From Actinomycetales bacterium (GTDB lineage: Bacteria; Actinomycetota; Actinomycetes; Actinomycetales; JBBRBF01): 64,000 bases of DNA. The stretch is from the NCBI GenBank assembly GCA_038206105.1, contig JBBRBF010000016.1:655-64654 (forward strand), in the 5' to 3' direction. Under the pieces are notes generated by a model, which did no database searches, was not told the origin of the DNA, and worked only from the letters and a program-made list of their open reading frames with translations. Shown here in pieces: positions 1 to 9,377 of this stretch; the first letter of the stretch is position 1, and each line of letters opens with the position of its first letter. Both the position numbers and the translations under genes were made by a program.

Positions 1-136
1 GCGTGCGCTCCTCGAACTGCGGCAGGATGTACCGGCTGGACGGCGCCGGTGCGGCGGCCCCACCGGGCTCGCCGGCGCGGGCTCCCACCACCGGCAGCTG
101 TGGACCGCGGTACGGGGGGCGGGTCGGGTCGATCAT
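1..136 (-). CDS. clpP2: ATP-dependent Clp protease proteolytic subunit 2 (5' part only, runs off the window edge; not in ORF track)
   Basis: ATG at 136 with AGGAG RBS; translation MIDPTRPP...SSRYILPQFEERT matches the actinobacterial ClpP2 N-terminal motif; directly downstream of clpP1. Confidence 0.9.
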   Translation of the reverse strand, partial: MIDPTRPPYRGPQLPVVGARAGEPGGAAAPAPSSRYILPQFEERT

Positions 137-218
137 GTCGGCGGTCTCCTCGCCTGGATGTCGTGCTGCCTGGGGGTCGGGGGGTGCCGCCGCCCGCGTC
201 GGGAGGCGTCGCGGGCGG

Positions 219-845
219 TCAGGCGCTCGTGCCGCCGCCGCCGCTGACGTCGTGGGCGCTGGCCTCGACGTGGTCGATGAAGCCGTAGTCCTTCGCCTCC
301 GCCGCGGTGAACCAGCGGTCGCGGTCGGCGTCACGGGTGATCTGCTCGATCGTCTGACCGGTCTGCTCGGCGGTGAGCTCGGTGAGCTGGCGCTTCATGT
401 GCAGGATCAGCTCGGCCTGGATCCGGATGTCGGTGGCGGTGCCGCCGATGCCACCAGAGGGCTGGTGCATCATGATCCGCGCGTGCGGCGTGGCGTACCG
501 CTTGCCGTTCGCGCCCGAGGACAGCAGGAACTGTCCCATCGACGCGGCCAGACCCATCGCGACCGTCGCGACGGCGGGCTTGACGAACTGCATCGTGTCG
601 TAGATCGCCATCCCGGCCGTGACGGAGCCACCCGGGGAGTTGATGTACAGGAAGATGTCCTTGTCGGGGTCCTCGGCGGCCAGCAGCAGCATCTGCGCGC
701 AGATCGCGTTGGCGTTGTCGTCACGGACCTCCGAGCCCAGCCAGATGATCCGCTCGCGCAGCAGTCGCTGGTAGATGTGGTCGTCCAGGCCCATCGACGC
801 CCCGTTGCTGCGGGCGGACGGCGTGGCGGGAACGGTGTCGCTCAC
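219..845 (-). CDS. clpP1: ATP-dependent Clp protease proteolytic subunit 1
   Basis: [21 protein letters not shown] (catalytic Ser), IMMHQP, DRDRWF motifs; GTG at 845 with GGAG upstream. Confidence 0.97.
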   Translation of the reverse strand: MSDTVPATPSARSNGASMGLDDHIYQRLLRERIIWLGSEVRDDNANAICAQMLLLAAEDPDKDIFLYINSPGGSVTAGMAIYDTMQFVKPAVATVAMGLAASMGQFLLSSGANGKRYATPHARIMMHQPSGGIGGTATDIRIQAELILHMKRQLTELTAEQTGQTIEQITRDADRDRWFTAAEAKDYGFIDHVEASAHDVSGGGGTSA

Positions 846-904
846 CTTCGGTTCGCTCCATCTCGTCTCGGGTCCGCGTGACACGGTGGTCACGCGCGTG
901 TTCG

Positions 905-935
905 ACCCTAACGCCGCCCGGTGACGGGCCACTCC
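905..935 (-). promoter_or_regulatory. clpP promoter region: sigmaA-like -10 TAGGGT (905-910) overlapping a sigmaR/sigmaH-like GGAGT-N18-GTT (910-935)
   Basis: Motifs read on the minus strand; the sigmaR/H consensus is GGAAT-N18-GTT (one mismatch). Confidence 0.5.
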
Positions 936-949
936 CGCCACCGGGGGGT

Positions 950-963
950 GTTCGCTGTCGGCG
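950..963. promoter_or_regulatory. ClgR-binding box
   Basis: GTTCGC-TGTCG-GCG exactly matches the Streptomyces ClgR consensus GTTCGC-N5-GCG and lies upstream of clpP1P2, a known ClgR target. Confidence 0.7.
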
Positions 964-1013
964 CACGGTCCGGACCCCGTCCGGGTCAGCGTGCCGAGAC
1001 GCCGGCGGGGGCC

Positions 1014-1709
1014 TCAGATCAGCCCGACCCCCATCGCGCGGGTCACCGCCAGGGTCCGGTCGTCGACGTCCAGCTTGGCGAACACGCGCAGCAGGTGGGT
1101 CTTGACGGTCGCCTCGCCGATGTACAGCCGGCGTCCGATCTCGGCGTTGCTCCACCCCTGCGCGACGCCGCGCAGCACCTCGGTCTCGCGGGGCGTGAGG
1201 GTCACCGGGGCCGGAGCGCGCACCTGGTGCACGAGCCGCGCGGCCACGGCCGGCGCGAGCACCGTCTCGCCCCGGGCCGCCGCGCGCACCGCGTCCACGA
1301 GCACGTCGGCGGGCGAGTCCTTCAGCAGGTAGCCGCGGGCCCCGGCCTCCACGGCCCGCAGGATGTCGGCGTCGGTGTCGTACGTGGTGAGCACGAGCAC
1401 GGCGGCGTCGGGACGGTCCGCGAGGATCCGCTCGGTCGCCGCGGCCCCGTCCGTGCCGGGCATCCGCAGGTCGGTAAGGACGACGTCGGGCCGCAGCCGC
1501 GCGGCCAGGGTGACGGCGCTGTCCCCGTCCCCCGCCTCGGCGACGACGGCGAGGCCGTCCTCGGCGGACAGCAGCGCCACGATCCCGGCGCGCACCACGG
1601 GGTGGTCGTCGACGACGAGCACCCGGACCGTGGCGGCGGCTGCGCCGGTCGCGGCGCCGGCGGCGGAGTCGTCGCAGGAGTCGGCGCCGGAACGTGCCCG
1701 CGCGCTCAC
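1014..1709 (-). CDS. NarL/LuxR-family response regulator
   Basis: VLVVDDHPVV, LTDLRMP, GYLLK receiver motifs; LTPRETEVL...TVKTHL HTH. Confidence 0.95.
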   Translation of the reverse strand: MSARARSGADSCDDSAAGAATGAAAATVRVLVVDDHPVVRAGIVALLSAEDGLAVVAEAGDGDSAVTLAARLRPDVVLTDLRMPGTDGAAATERILADRPDAAVLVLTTYDTDADILRAVEAGARGYLLKDSPADVLVDAVRAAARGETVLAPAVAARLVHQVRAPAPVTLTPRETEVLRGVAQGWSNAEIGRRLYIGEATVKTHLLRVFAKLDVDDRTLAVTRAMGVGLI

Positions 1710-2996
1710 GGCTGCCCCTCGGGGACGGGCACCCGCACCGTCAGCCGGGTGCCGCGGTCCGAGCCCGACTCCACCCCGAGGTCGCCCCCGACGTCCTCGG
1801 CCCTACGCCGGACGCCGTCCAGGCCGAACCCGTTCGCCGGCGGCTCGCCGATGCCCACACCGTCGTCGCCGACCGTGAGGCGGACGCGGCCGTCGCAACG
1901 GTCCAGGCCGATCGCGACCCGTCCCGCGGCGGCGTGCTTGCGCACGTTCGCGAGCCCCTCCTGCGCCGAGCGCAGCAGGACGACGGCGCGGTCGGGCCCC
2001 AGCCCGTCCGCGGCCCCGTCGGCGATCCGGACGTCGACGCTCACCCCGGTCTCGGCGCCGAAGCGCTGGGCGAGGCGGCGCAGGGCGCCGGCGAGGTCGC
2101 CGCCGTGCACGTCGACCGGGGACGCCGCCGCGACGAGGCCCCGAGCCTCGGCGAGGTTGGTGCGCGCGACGTCCTCGATAGCGTCGAGCCGGGCGACGGC
2201 GGCCGCGGGGCCGCCGGGACGTCGGAGCTCCCGTCGGGCCACCTGGGCGAGCATCACGACGCTCGTGAAGCCCTGGGCCAGGGTGTCGTGGATCTCGCGC
2301 GCCAGGCGCTCCCGCTCGGCGGCCGCCCCGGCGCTGCGGTCGGCCTCGGCCAGGTCGGCGCGCGCCGACTCCAGCTCGGCCAGCAGCGCGGCCCGGTCGG
2401 CGGACTGCTCGATGATCCGGCCGATCCACAGCCCGAGGCCGAGGCTGAACACGAAAGACACCGCCGCCGACACCGTCGCTCTGCGCCAGCACCTCCGGGC
2501 TCGGCCCCGCCGCGAGCACGAACCCGAGAGCGCCCGCGACGGCGACACCCGCCGTGTACGCCACGGCCTCGCGCCGCGAGTCGACCAGGTACCAGACCTG
2601 CGGGTAGGCCAGGAAGAACAGGAAGAACAGCCCGGGCGCGAGCCACAGCAGGACCGGGAGCGTGAGCACGACGGTGAGCACGTAGGCGTGCGCCGACCGC
2701 TGGTCGCGGGTGCGGGCGGCCGGCCCGCCGAAGACGGCGTACGCCACCACCCAGAGCGCGAGGACGCCCACGACCACGGCGCGGTCCGACCGTTCGACGC
2801 CGGCGTCGGTGAGCGCGACGAGCAGGGAGAGCGCGAGCAGCAGCCAGAACGCGGCGTGCCACCCGACGACCGTCCGCTCCCAGACGCTCGCCGCGCCCGC
2901 CGGGCGCGCGGTGCGGGCGGCTTGCTCGGCGCGGTCCGCGCGGCCGGGCGGGCACGCGACGTCCCCGGACGCCGGGGCGGTGGACCGGGTGCTCAC
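1706..2996 (-). pseudogene. Membrane sensor histidine kinase (HisKA_3) with an apparent frameshift near 2480
   Basis: GTG at 2996 overlaps the permease stop; TM sensor helices are in one frame up to ...EVLAQS, and the last TM plus ERERLAREIHDTLAQGF and the ATPase motifs (EGLANVRKHA, DDGVG, GFGL) are in another. Confidence 0.85.
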
Positions 2997-3841
2997 CCGT
3001 GCCGCTTCGGCAGCCACCGGAACGTGAGCCGCGCGAGGACGAGACCGGCGACGAGCCACACCGCCAGGATGACGGCGGTCTCGGTCGTCTGCCAGGACCC
3101 GCCGGGCTCGGCCACGAGATAGGAGTCGGGCAGGAACACCGACCGCATCCCCTGTGCCATCCACTTCAGCGGGAACAGCGAAGCGACCGCGCGCATCCAC
3201 TCCGGCAGGTCGCTGAACACGAAGAAGACCCCTGAGATGAACTGGAGCACGATCAGCGGCGGGGTCACCACCGCGGACGCCGAGCGCGCGTTCGGGGGCA
3301 CCGAGGAGACCGCGATCCCGAGCGTGGTGCCTGCCGCCGAGCCGAGCAGCACCACCCAGGTGAAGGTCCCCCACGACGCGGCGTCGGTCGGCATCGGGAC
3401 GTCGAACAGCAGTGCGGCGGCCAGCAGCAGCAGCGTCAGCTGCGCCACGGTCGTCACCAGGACCTGCCCGATCTTGCCGAGGAAGAACGCGGTCGCCGGC
3501 ATCGGCGTGCCCCGCAGCCGCTTCAGGGTGCCGTTGTCGCGCTCCATCGCGATCTCGATCGCAAGGGTCTGGAAGCTCGTGAGCATGACGCCGGACGCCG
3601 CGATCCCGGCGAGGAAGTACTGCGGGAACGTGACCCCGCCCCCGATGTCGCCGGTGAACACCGACCCGAAGATCGCCATCATGATGATGGGGAACAGGAA
3701 GCTGAAGATCACGGACTCGCGCTGCCGGAAGAACTGGCGCGTCTCCACGCGGGTGCGCGACAACGCCACGGACACCGTGCTCACCGTCCGGCTGCTCGTC
3801 GTCGTCCCGCCGGTCGTCGTCCCGCCGGTCGTCGCGCTCAT
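2993..3841 (-). CDS. ABC-2 type exporter permease
   Basis: Six TM segments, ERDNGTLKRLRGTP motif; coupled to the upstream ATPase. Confidence 0.92.
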   Translation of the reverse strand: MSATTGGTTTGGTTTSSRTVSTVSVALSRTRVETRQFFRQRESVIFSFLFPIIMMAIFGSVFTGDIGGGVTFPQYFLAGIAASGVMLTSFQTLAIEIAMERDNGTLKRLRGTPMPATAFFLGKIGQVLVTTVAQLTLLLLAAALLFDVPMPTDAASWGTFTWVVLLGSAAGTTLGIAVSSVPPNARSASAVVTPPLIVLQFISGVFFVFSDLPEWMRAVASLFPLKWMAQGMRSVFLPDSYLVAEPGGSWQTTETAVILAVWLVAGLVLARLTFRWLPKRHG

Positions 3842-4824
3842 CGCCGTGCCCCCGCCCGCTCGCCGGTCATCGGTTCGTCACCGGGGAGCACCTCGTCGCG
3901 GGGCGCCTCGACCAGTGCCAGGTAGACGTCCTCCAGGCTCATCCGGCGCACCTCGAGGTCGGGCACCTCCCCGCCGTCCGGCCGCTGCCCCGCAAGCGAT
4001 GCGACCAGCGCGGTCGGGTGGTCCGTCGCCTCGCTGCGGGTGCGGCCGCCGCTGTCGGTCCACCGCACGACGGCCCCGGTGCGCAGCTCGCGCCCGAGCT
4101 CGTCGGGGCGGGCAGAGGCCACGAGCCGGCCCCGGGCGATCACGGCGAGCCGGTCCGCGAGCCGCTCCGCCTCGTCCAGGTAGTGCGTGGTGAGCAGGAT
4201 CGTCGTGCCCTCGGCGCGGAGCCGCTCGACCAGGTCCCAGAACTGGCGGCGCGCGGCCGGGTCGAAGCCGGTGGTCGGCTCGTCGAGGAAGAGCAGCTCG
4301 GGGCGCCCGAGGATCCCCAGACCGACGTCCAGGCGCCGTCGCTGACCACCGGAGAGGGAGGCGACCCGGGCCTTGCGCTTGCTCTCCAGACCGACCATGT
4401 CGATCACCTCGGCCACGGGCCGCGGGCAGGGGTACAGGGTGGTGAAGTGGCGGACCACCTCGGTGACGGTCAGGTCGGGGGCCTCGGAGGTCTCCTGCAG
4501 CACGATGCCGGTGCGGGCGCGCCACGACCCCGGGGCCCGCCACGGGTCGTGCCCGAGCACGTCGACCTGCCCGGAGTCACGCCGCCGGTACCCCTCGAGC
4601 ACCTCGGTGAGCGTCGACTTGCCGGCGCCGTTCGGCCCCAGCAGGCCGAGGATCTCTCCCCGCGCGACGTCGAGGTCGACGCCGTCGACGGCGACCCGGT
4701 TCTCGCCGCGGGAGACGTGGTACGTCTTGGTCAGGCCCCGGACGCGGACGGCGCAGTCGGCGTCGGCCGGCAGGGTCGCGTCGGGGGTACCGACGTGGTT
4801 GGCGATGACGGCTGTCGTGTCCAC
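3838..4824 (-). CDS. ABC exporter ATP-binding protein
   Basis: GPNGAGKST, LSGGQRRR, LLFLDEPT, TTH; GTG at 4824 after GAGG. Confidence 0.93.
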   Translation of the reverse strand: MDTTAVIANHVGTPDATLPADADCAVRVRGLTKTYHVSRGENRVAVDGVDLDVARGEILGLLGPNGAGKSTLTEVLEGYRRRDSGQVDVLGHDPWRAPGSWRARTGIVLQETSEAPDLTVTEVVRHFTTLYPCPRPVAEVIDMVGLESKRKARVASLSGGQRRRLDVGLGILGRPELLFLDEPTTGFDPAARRQFWDLVERLRAEGTTILLTTHYLDEAERLADRLAVIARGRLVASARPDELGRELRTGAVVRWTDSGGRTRSEATDHPTALVASLAGQRPDGGEVPDLEVRRMSLEDVYLALVEAPRDEVLPGDEPMTGERAGARR

Positions 4825-4881
4825 GTCCTCGAGTCTGGCGGCGGGCACACGCCCGCGACCAGCACCGGACGACGGCCCGCG

Positions 4882-4903
4882 GCGTCCACCGTCCGGTGGA
4901 TGC
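4882..4903. promoter_or_regulatory. Inverted repeat upstream of the ABC-TCS operon, candidate response-regulator operator
   Basis: GCGTCCACCG-TC-CGGTGGATGC, 10-bp arms with one mismatch. Confidence 0.4.
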
Positions 4904-4962
4904 GCTGCGTCACCGCTACCCCGCCCGGGCCCTGCGCGCGACGTCACGCCGGCGGCGTCACC

Positions 4963-6378
4963 TCAGAGGCGCACGGATGCCGGGTCGTCCGCGCCGGGCT
5001 CCTGCTCGTCGCCGGGCTGCTCGTCCGAAGGCTCCTCGTCCAAAGGCTCCTCGTCCGTGCCGTCCTCGACGCCCTGCTCGGCCGCGGCGGCGGCCTCCGC
5101 TGCACGCCGGCCGGGCACGACGTCGTCCAGGTCCACGACGGTGCCGGACGCGTCGGTGACCGTCGCGTTCTCCAGCACCACGGCGAGCGCCTTGCGACGC
5201 CCGACCTCGGCGACCATGGCCTGGATCTGGCCGGCCTCCTGGATCGCCTGGGCGAAGGCGTTCGGGTCCATCCCGTACTGCGGGGCCTGCGCGACGAGGT
5301 ACTCGATGAGCTCCTCCTGGCCGACCTGCACCTCCTCGCGCTCCACGATCGCGTCGAGCAGCAGCTGGGTGCGCAGCGCCTTGCGTGCCTCCTCGGCGAC
5401 CTCGGTGCGGTGCTCGTCGTCCTCGAGGCGCTCCTCGGCCTCGAGGTGGCGGTGCACCTCGGTCTCCACGAGGGAGTCCGGGACGGGCACCTCGACGCGC
5501 TCGAGCAGCAGGTCGAGCAACCGGTCGCGCGCCTGCACACCCTGCTCGAAGCGCTTGGTCTGGGTGGCCTGGCCCCGCAGGTCGGCGCGCAGCTCGTCGA
5601 CGGTGTCGAACTCGCTGGCCATCTGCGCGAAGTCGTCGTCGACGTCCGGCAGCTCACGCTCCTTCACCGACTGCACCGTGACGGTGACCTCGGCGTCGTC
5701 GCCGGCGTGGTCGCCGCCGGCCAGAGGGGCCGTGAACGTCGCCGTCTCGCCGGCGGAGACGCCGACGAGGGCCTCGTCGAGGCCGTCGAGCATGTTCTTC
5801 GAGCCGACCTGGTAGCTGATCCCGGTCGCGGAGTCGATGTCCTCGTCGCCGATCGTCGCCGCGACGTCGATGGAGACGAAGTCGCCGTCGGCGACCGGGC
5901 GGTCCACCCCCACGAGGGCACCGAAGCGCTCGCGGAGCTGGTCGACCCGCGCGTCGACGTCGGCGTCGGTGACGTCGACGTCGTCGACACCGACCTCGAG
6001 CGTCGAGAAGTCGGGCAGGTCGAGCTCGGGACGCACGTCGACCTCGACGGTGAACTTCAGGTCACCGCCCTGGCCAGGGTCGGGGACCTCGGTGACCTCG
6101 ACCTCGGGCTGCCCGAGCGGGCGCACCTCGTTCTCCTGCGCCGCCTGGGCGTAGAAGCCGGGCAGCGCGTCGTTGACGGCCTCCTGCAGGACGGCGGCGC
6201 GGCCGATGCGCTGGTCGATGATCCGCGGCGGCACCTTGCCCTTGCGGAAGCCCGGGACCTGCACCTGCTGGCCGATCGTCTTGTAGGCACTGGCCATGCT
6301 CGGCTCGAGCTCGTCGAACGGGACCTCGACGGTGAGCTTCACCCGGGTCGCGTTCAGGGTCTCGACGGCGCTCTTCAC
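4963..6378 (-). CDS. tig: Trigger factor
   Basis: VKSAVETLNATRVKLTVEV start, GFRKGKVP ribosome-binding signature; AGGAG RBS; synteny with tRNA-Pro and clpP. Confidence 0.97.
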   Translation of the reverse strand: MKSAVETLNATRVKLTVEVPFDELEPSMASAYKTIGQQVQVPGFRKGKVPPRIIDQRIGRAAVLQEAVNDALPGFYAQAAQENEVRPLGQPEVEVTEVPDPGQGGDLKFTVEVDVRPELDLPDFSTLEVGVDDVDVTDADVDARVDQLRERFGALVGVDRPVADGDFVSIDVAATIGDEDIDSATGISYQVGSKNMLDGLDEALVGVSAGETATFTAPLAGGDHAGDDAEVTVTVQSVKERELPDVDDDFAQMASEFDTVDELRADLRGQATQTKRFEQGVQARDRLLDLLLERVEVPVPDSLVETEVHRHLEAEERLEDDEHRTEVAEEARKALRTQLLLDAIVEREEVQVGQEELIEYLVAQAPQYGMDPNAFAQAIQEAGQIQAMVAEVGRRKALAVVLENATVTDASGTVVDLDDVVPGRRAAEAAAAAEQGVEDGTDEEPLDEEPSDEQPGDEQEPGADDPASVRL

Positions 6379-6561
6379 TGCAGTGCTCTCCTGGGATCGG
6401 GGCTGGGTGCGGGAGTGCGGGTCCGCCCGAGGACGTCGGGGGGGCGACGGGACGGCACCGGCAGGTCCGTGCCCGGTACGACCGCCGCCCGCGGCGGGCC
6501 GACCCGCCATGCTAGCCGCCACCGCTGCCGAACCGAGCACCCGGTGCTGCGGACCAGGCGG

Positions 6562-6635
6562 TCGGGGTACCCGGATTCGAACCGGGGGCCTTCCGCTCCC
6601 AAAGCGGACGCGCTACCACGCTGCGCCATACCCCG
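6562..6635 (-). tRNA. tRNA-Pro(TGG)
   Basis: Cloverleaf CGGGGTA...TACCCCG, anticodon arm TCCGC-TTTGGGA-GCGGA, GGTTCGAATCC T-arm; CCA not encoded. Confidence 0.96.
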
Positions 6636-6670
6636 CGCGCGCCCGGAGCCTGCCGCTGGGCGCGCCCGGC

Positions 6671-6736
6671 AGCCTACGCGCCTCGCCGTACCCCGCCCGC
6701 CGCTCGGGCGTACCGCCCGCACCGCCCCGGTAGGCT
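6671..6736. promoter_or_regulatory. Divergent tRNA promoters, each with a TAGGCT -10 hexamer
   Basis: AGCCTA at 6671-6676 (minus strand, tRNA-Pro) and TAGGCT at 6731-6736 (plus strand, tRNA-Gly). Confidence 0.6.
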
Positions 6737-6768
6737 CACGTCTCGCACGGCCCCGAGGGGCCGGTTGC

Positions 6769-6842
6769 GCGGGTGTAGCTCAATGGCAGAGCCCCAGCCT
6801 TCCAAGCTGGTCATGCGGGTTCGATCCCCGTCACCCGCTCCA
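6769..6842 (+). tRNA. tRNA-Gly(TCC)
   Basis: GCGGGTG...CACCCGC-T-CCA, anticodon arm CCAGC-CTTCCAA-GCTGG. Confidence 0.97.
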
Positions 6843-6913
6843 CGGGCCCCACGACGGCCCGAACCCCGCGCACGGCGCCGGGACGTCGTGCGGTCACCGC
6901 GCCGGTCGCCCGG

Positions 6914-8626
6914 TCAGCCTCGCCGGACCCCGACGGCGCGCAGCGCCCCCGCCTCGCGCAGCAGGACGACGTCCTGGGCCGCGGTGTCCGCCAGCGCCGC
7001 CATCACCTCGTCGACCGACCAGGGCGGGTCGTCGTCGGTCCGCGCCCACGCCTGCACGTGGCCGCCGGTACGGCGGGCGACCTCGCGGGCGACCTCAGGA
7101 CCGGCGCTGCCGACGAGCAGGACGTACCGCGGCCCGGGCGCCTCGACCGCGGCCGGCCTCCGCGCGCCGTCGTCGCGGTAGACCGCCGCGTGGTAGGCGC
7201 CGACGGCAGCCGCCGTCAGCAGCACGCCCACCGCGAACCGCATCCGGCGCAGCGTCTCGGCGCCCAGGGTCCCCGCCACGACGTCCACGAAGAGCAGGAA
7301 CACGGTGGTGACCAGGGCGACGACGCCCGCGACGACGCCCAGCCCGAGCAGCACGAGGACGTACAGGCGCCGGGTGGGCGACGCGAGCTCCTCGGCCGGC
7401 GCGCGGCCGGCTGCGGCCTGGACCCGGCGCCAGTACAGCCACCACACCGGCCCGCCGACCCCGACCAGGGTGGCCGCCGCCAGCAGGGTGTTCACGGCGT
7501 CGCCGCCGACGAGCGTGGCCCCGGTCGCCGCCTCGACGAACGCGGCGAGCACCGTCAGCAGGCCGCCGGCGGCGGCCAGCAGGCCGATCGCGGCCATCAG
7601 GTACTCGTACACCCGGTGCACCTCGGTGCGGGGTCCGCCACCCTCTCCGCCAGCACCCGCGCGCACCACCGCGGCGTGGTACCACCACACGAGGGCGCCG
7701 ACGGCGACCCCGGCCGCCGCACCGGGTGCACCGTCGAAGTGCTCCGCGGCCGAGGAGGTCCCCGGCTCGCCGACGAGCCAGACGAGCACGGAGTACAGCA
7801 GCGTGCTGGCGGCGACGACGGCGACGAGGAGCCCGGCGCCGACCCCGGCCAGCAGCACGTAGACGAGCCACAGGGGGTGCCGGTCGGACTTCGCGGCGGT
7901 CCGCAGCCAGTAGACGACCCAGACCGGCGCCCCCACGAGCAGCGTGACGACGCCGGGGAGCACGGGGTCGTCGCCACGGGCGAGCAACGACTCGTCCCCC
8001 AACCGCAGCAGGACGCGCAGCGAGCCCGCCAGCACGGCGGCCAGGCCGGTCGCGGCCACCGCGAGACCGATCAGCGACCCGGCGACGTGGTGCACCCGGG
8101 CATGCTCCCGGGGGGTGACCCGCGCGTCGACGGCCCGGTGCACGACCCACACGCCACCCCACACCAGGGTCGTGGCCACCGCGGGACCGTCGTGGTCCTC
8201 CAGCCCGACGGCCCACTCCAGCACCCGGTGCAGGCTCGTCATCGCCACCACGAGGGCGGTCAGGGACGCCGCGGTGACGTAGACCGCCCACGACAGCGCC
8301 CCGGCCTCTGCGCCGTCCCCGGCGAACCTGCGACGGGTCCACAGCGTCGCCCCGACGAGCAGGGGCCCGCCGACGACGACGAAGGCCAGGTCGCGTGCCA
8401 GCCCCACGTCGTCCCCCGCGACGAGCAGGTCCGTGACGAGCAGGCGCCCCAGGAGGCCCGAGACGCCGGCCGCCGTGACGACGACCAGGCCGTACAGCAA
8501 GAGGTACTGGAAGACGCGGCGCACCGTCCGCGCGTCGCCCGACCCGCCGGTGCCCCGCGACCCCCTGCGGACGGCGACCGTGACGCCGGCTGCGATGACG
8601 ACCAGCAGCAGCAGGCTGGAGACCAC
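6914..8626 (-). CDS. Multi-pass membrane protein, DUF5671-like repeats
   Basis: Repeated hydrophobic units (VRRVFQYLLLY..., VHRVYEYLMAAIGL..., TRRLYVLVLLG...); GTG 1 nt after the upstream stop. Confidence 0.75.
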   Translation of the reverse strand: MVSSLLLLVVIAAGVTVAVRRGSRGTGGSGDARTVRRVFQYLLLYGLVVVTAAGVSGLLGRLLVTDLLVAGDDVGLARDLAFVVVGGPLLVGATLWTRRRFAGDGAEAGALSWAVYVTAASLTALVVAMTSLHRVLEWAVGLEDHDGPAVATTLVWGGVWVVHRAVDARVTPREHARVHHVAGSLIGLAVAATGLAAVLAGSLRVLLRLGDESLLARGDDPVLPGVVTLLVGAPVWVVYWLRTAAKSDRHPLWLVYVLLAGVGAGLLVAVVAASTLLYSVLVWLVGEPGTSSAAEHFDGAPGAAAGVAVGALVWWYHAAVVRAGAGGEGGGPRTEVHRVYEYLMAAIGLLAAAGGLLTVLAAFVEAATGATLVGGDAVNTLLAAATLVGVGGPVWWLYWRRVQAAAGRAPAEELASPTRRLYVLVLLGLGVVAGVVALVTTVFLLFVDVVAGTLGAETLRRMRFAVGVLLTAAAVGAYHAAVYRDDGARRPAAVEAPGPRYVLLVGSAGPEVAREVARRTGGHVQAWARTDDDPPWSVDEVMAALADTAAQDVVLLREAGALRAVGVRRG

Positions 8627-8627
8627 G

Positions 8628-9071
8628 TCAGCCCACCGCGTCGCACTCGAAGACGGGCCACGGCTCGCCCTCGATGCGCCAGTCCCCGTCGCTGCGGCCC
8701 AGGCGGAAGGTCTGCTGCTCGGAGAACTCCGAGCCCCCGAGGACGTCCCCCGGCGACTGCACCACGTCGACCACGACCCGCGCCGAGTCGCCGTCGACGT
8801 CGGCCTCGACGAGGACGACGCGGACGTCGTCCGGGACGAACGCACGGTCGAGGTCGGACACGTCGCAGGGACCGTCCGCGGCGAACAGCTCCGCTGCCGC
8901 CGCGTTGTCGCCGTCGACCACCGCGGACAGGTACTCCTGCACCGCGGCCTCCGGCGAGCCGGGGTCGTACTCCGTCGGGTCGCGGGTGGCCGAGAGCACG
9001 ACCGCGAGCACAGCGACGACCGCCACGAGGACGACGACGACCGCGAGGACGACGTTCGGTCGACCGGTCAC
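8628..9071 (-). CDS. Membrane-anchored hypothetical protein (NTF2/LpqB-N-like PEAAVQEYLSAV motif)
   Basis: N-terminal TM helix, strong GC3 codon bias, operonic with the DUF5671-like gene. Confidence 0.75.
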   Translation of the reverse strand: MTGRPNVVLAVVVVLVAVVAVLAVVLSATRDPTEYDPGSPEAAVQEYLSAVVDGDNAAAAELFAADGPCDVSDLDRAFVPDDVRVVLVEADVDGDSARVVVDVVQSPGDVLGGSEFSEQQTFRLGRSDGDWRIEGEPWPVFECDAVG

Positions 9072-9377
9072 CGCGTCACCCCCACTCGCACGGCCGTGGC
9101 ACCACGGTCCGGGCTCCGCCGTGCGACCTGCATCGGCGACGGCCTCCTCGTCCGGGTCACGGAATGATCATTGCGCATGCCGGTGACAGCCGGGCACGGT
9201 CGGGCGACCCGGTGCCCGCGCGAGACCGTCCCGAGGCGAGACCGTGATCTCCGCGTATGACCGCCTCGAGCTCCTGCACGAGCCCGGCTGCGCTCCCGAG
9301 CGCAGCCGCGTCCGTTCCGCCGAACGAGCACGCACCGTCGCGGGAGGGCGTCGTGTGTCCTCGAGGAGGTCTCTCCT

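Noticed and set aside
890-906. LexA box near the clpP promoter
   Set aside because: Only one TCGAAC half-site; the second half does not match
4018-7311. 1097-aa plus-strand ORF
   Set aside because: Antisense shadow of the ABC ATPase and tig that also crosses two tRNAs; stop-poor frames are expected at this GC content
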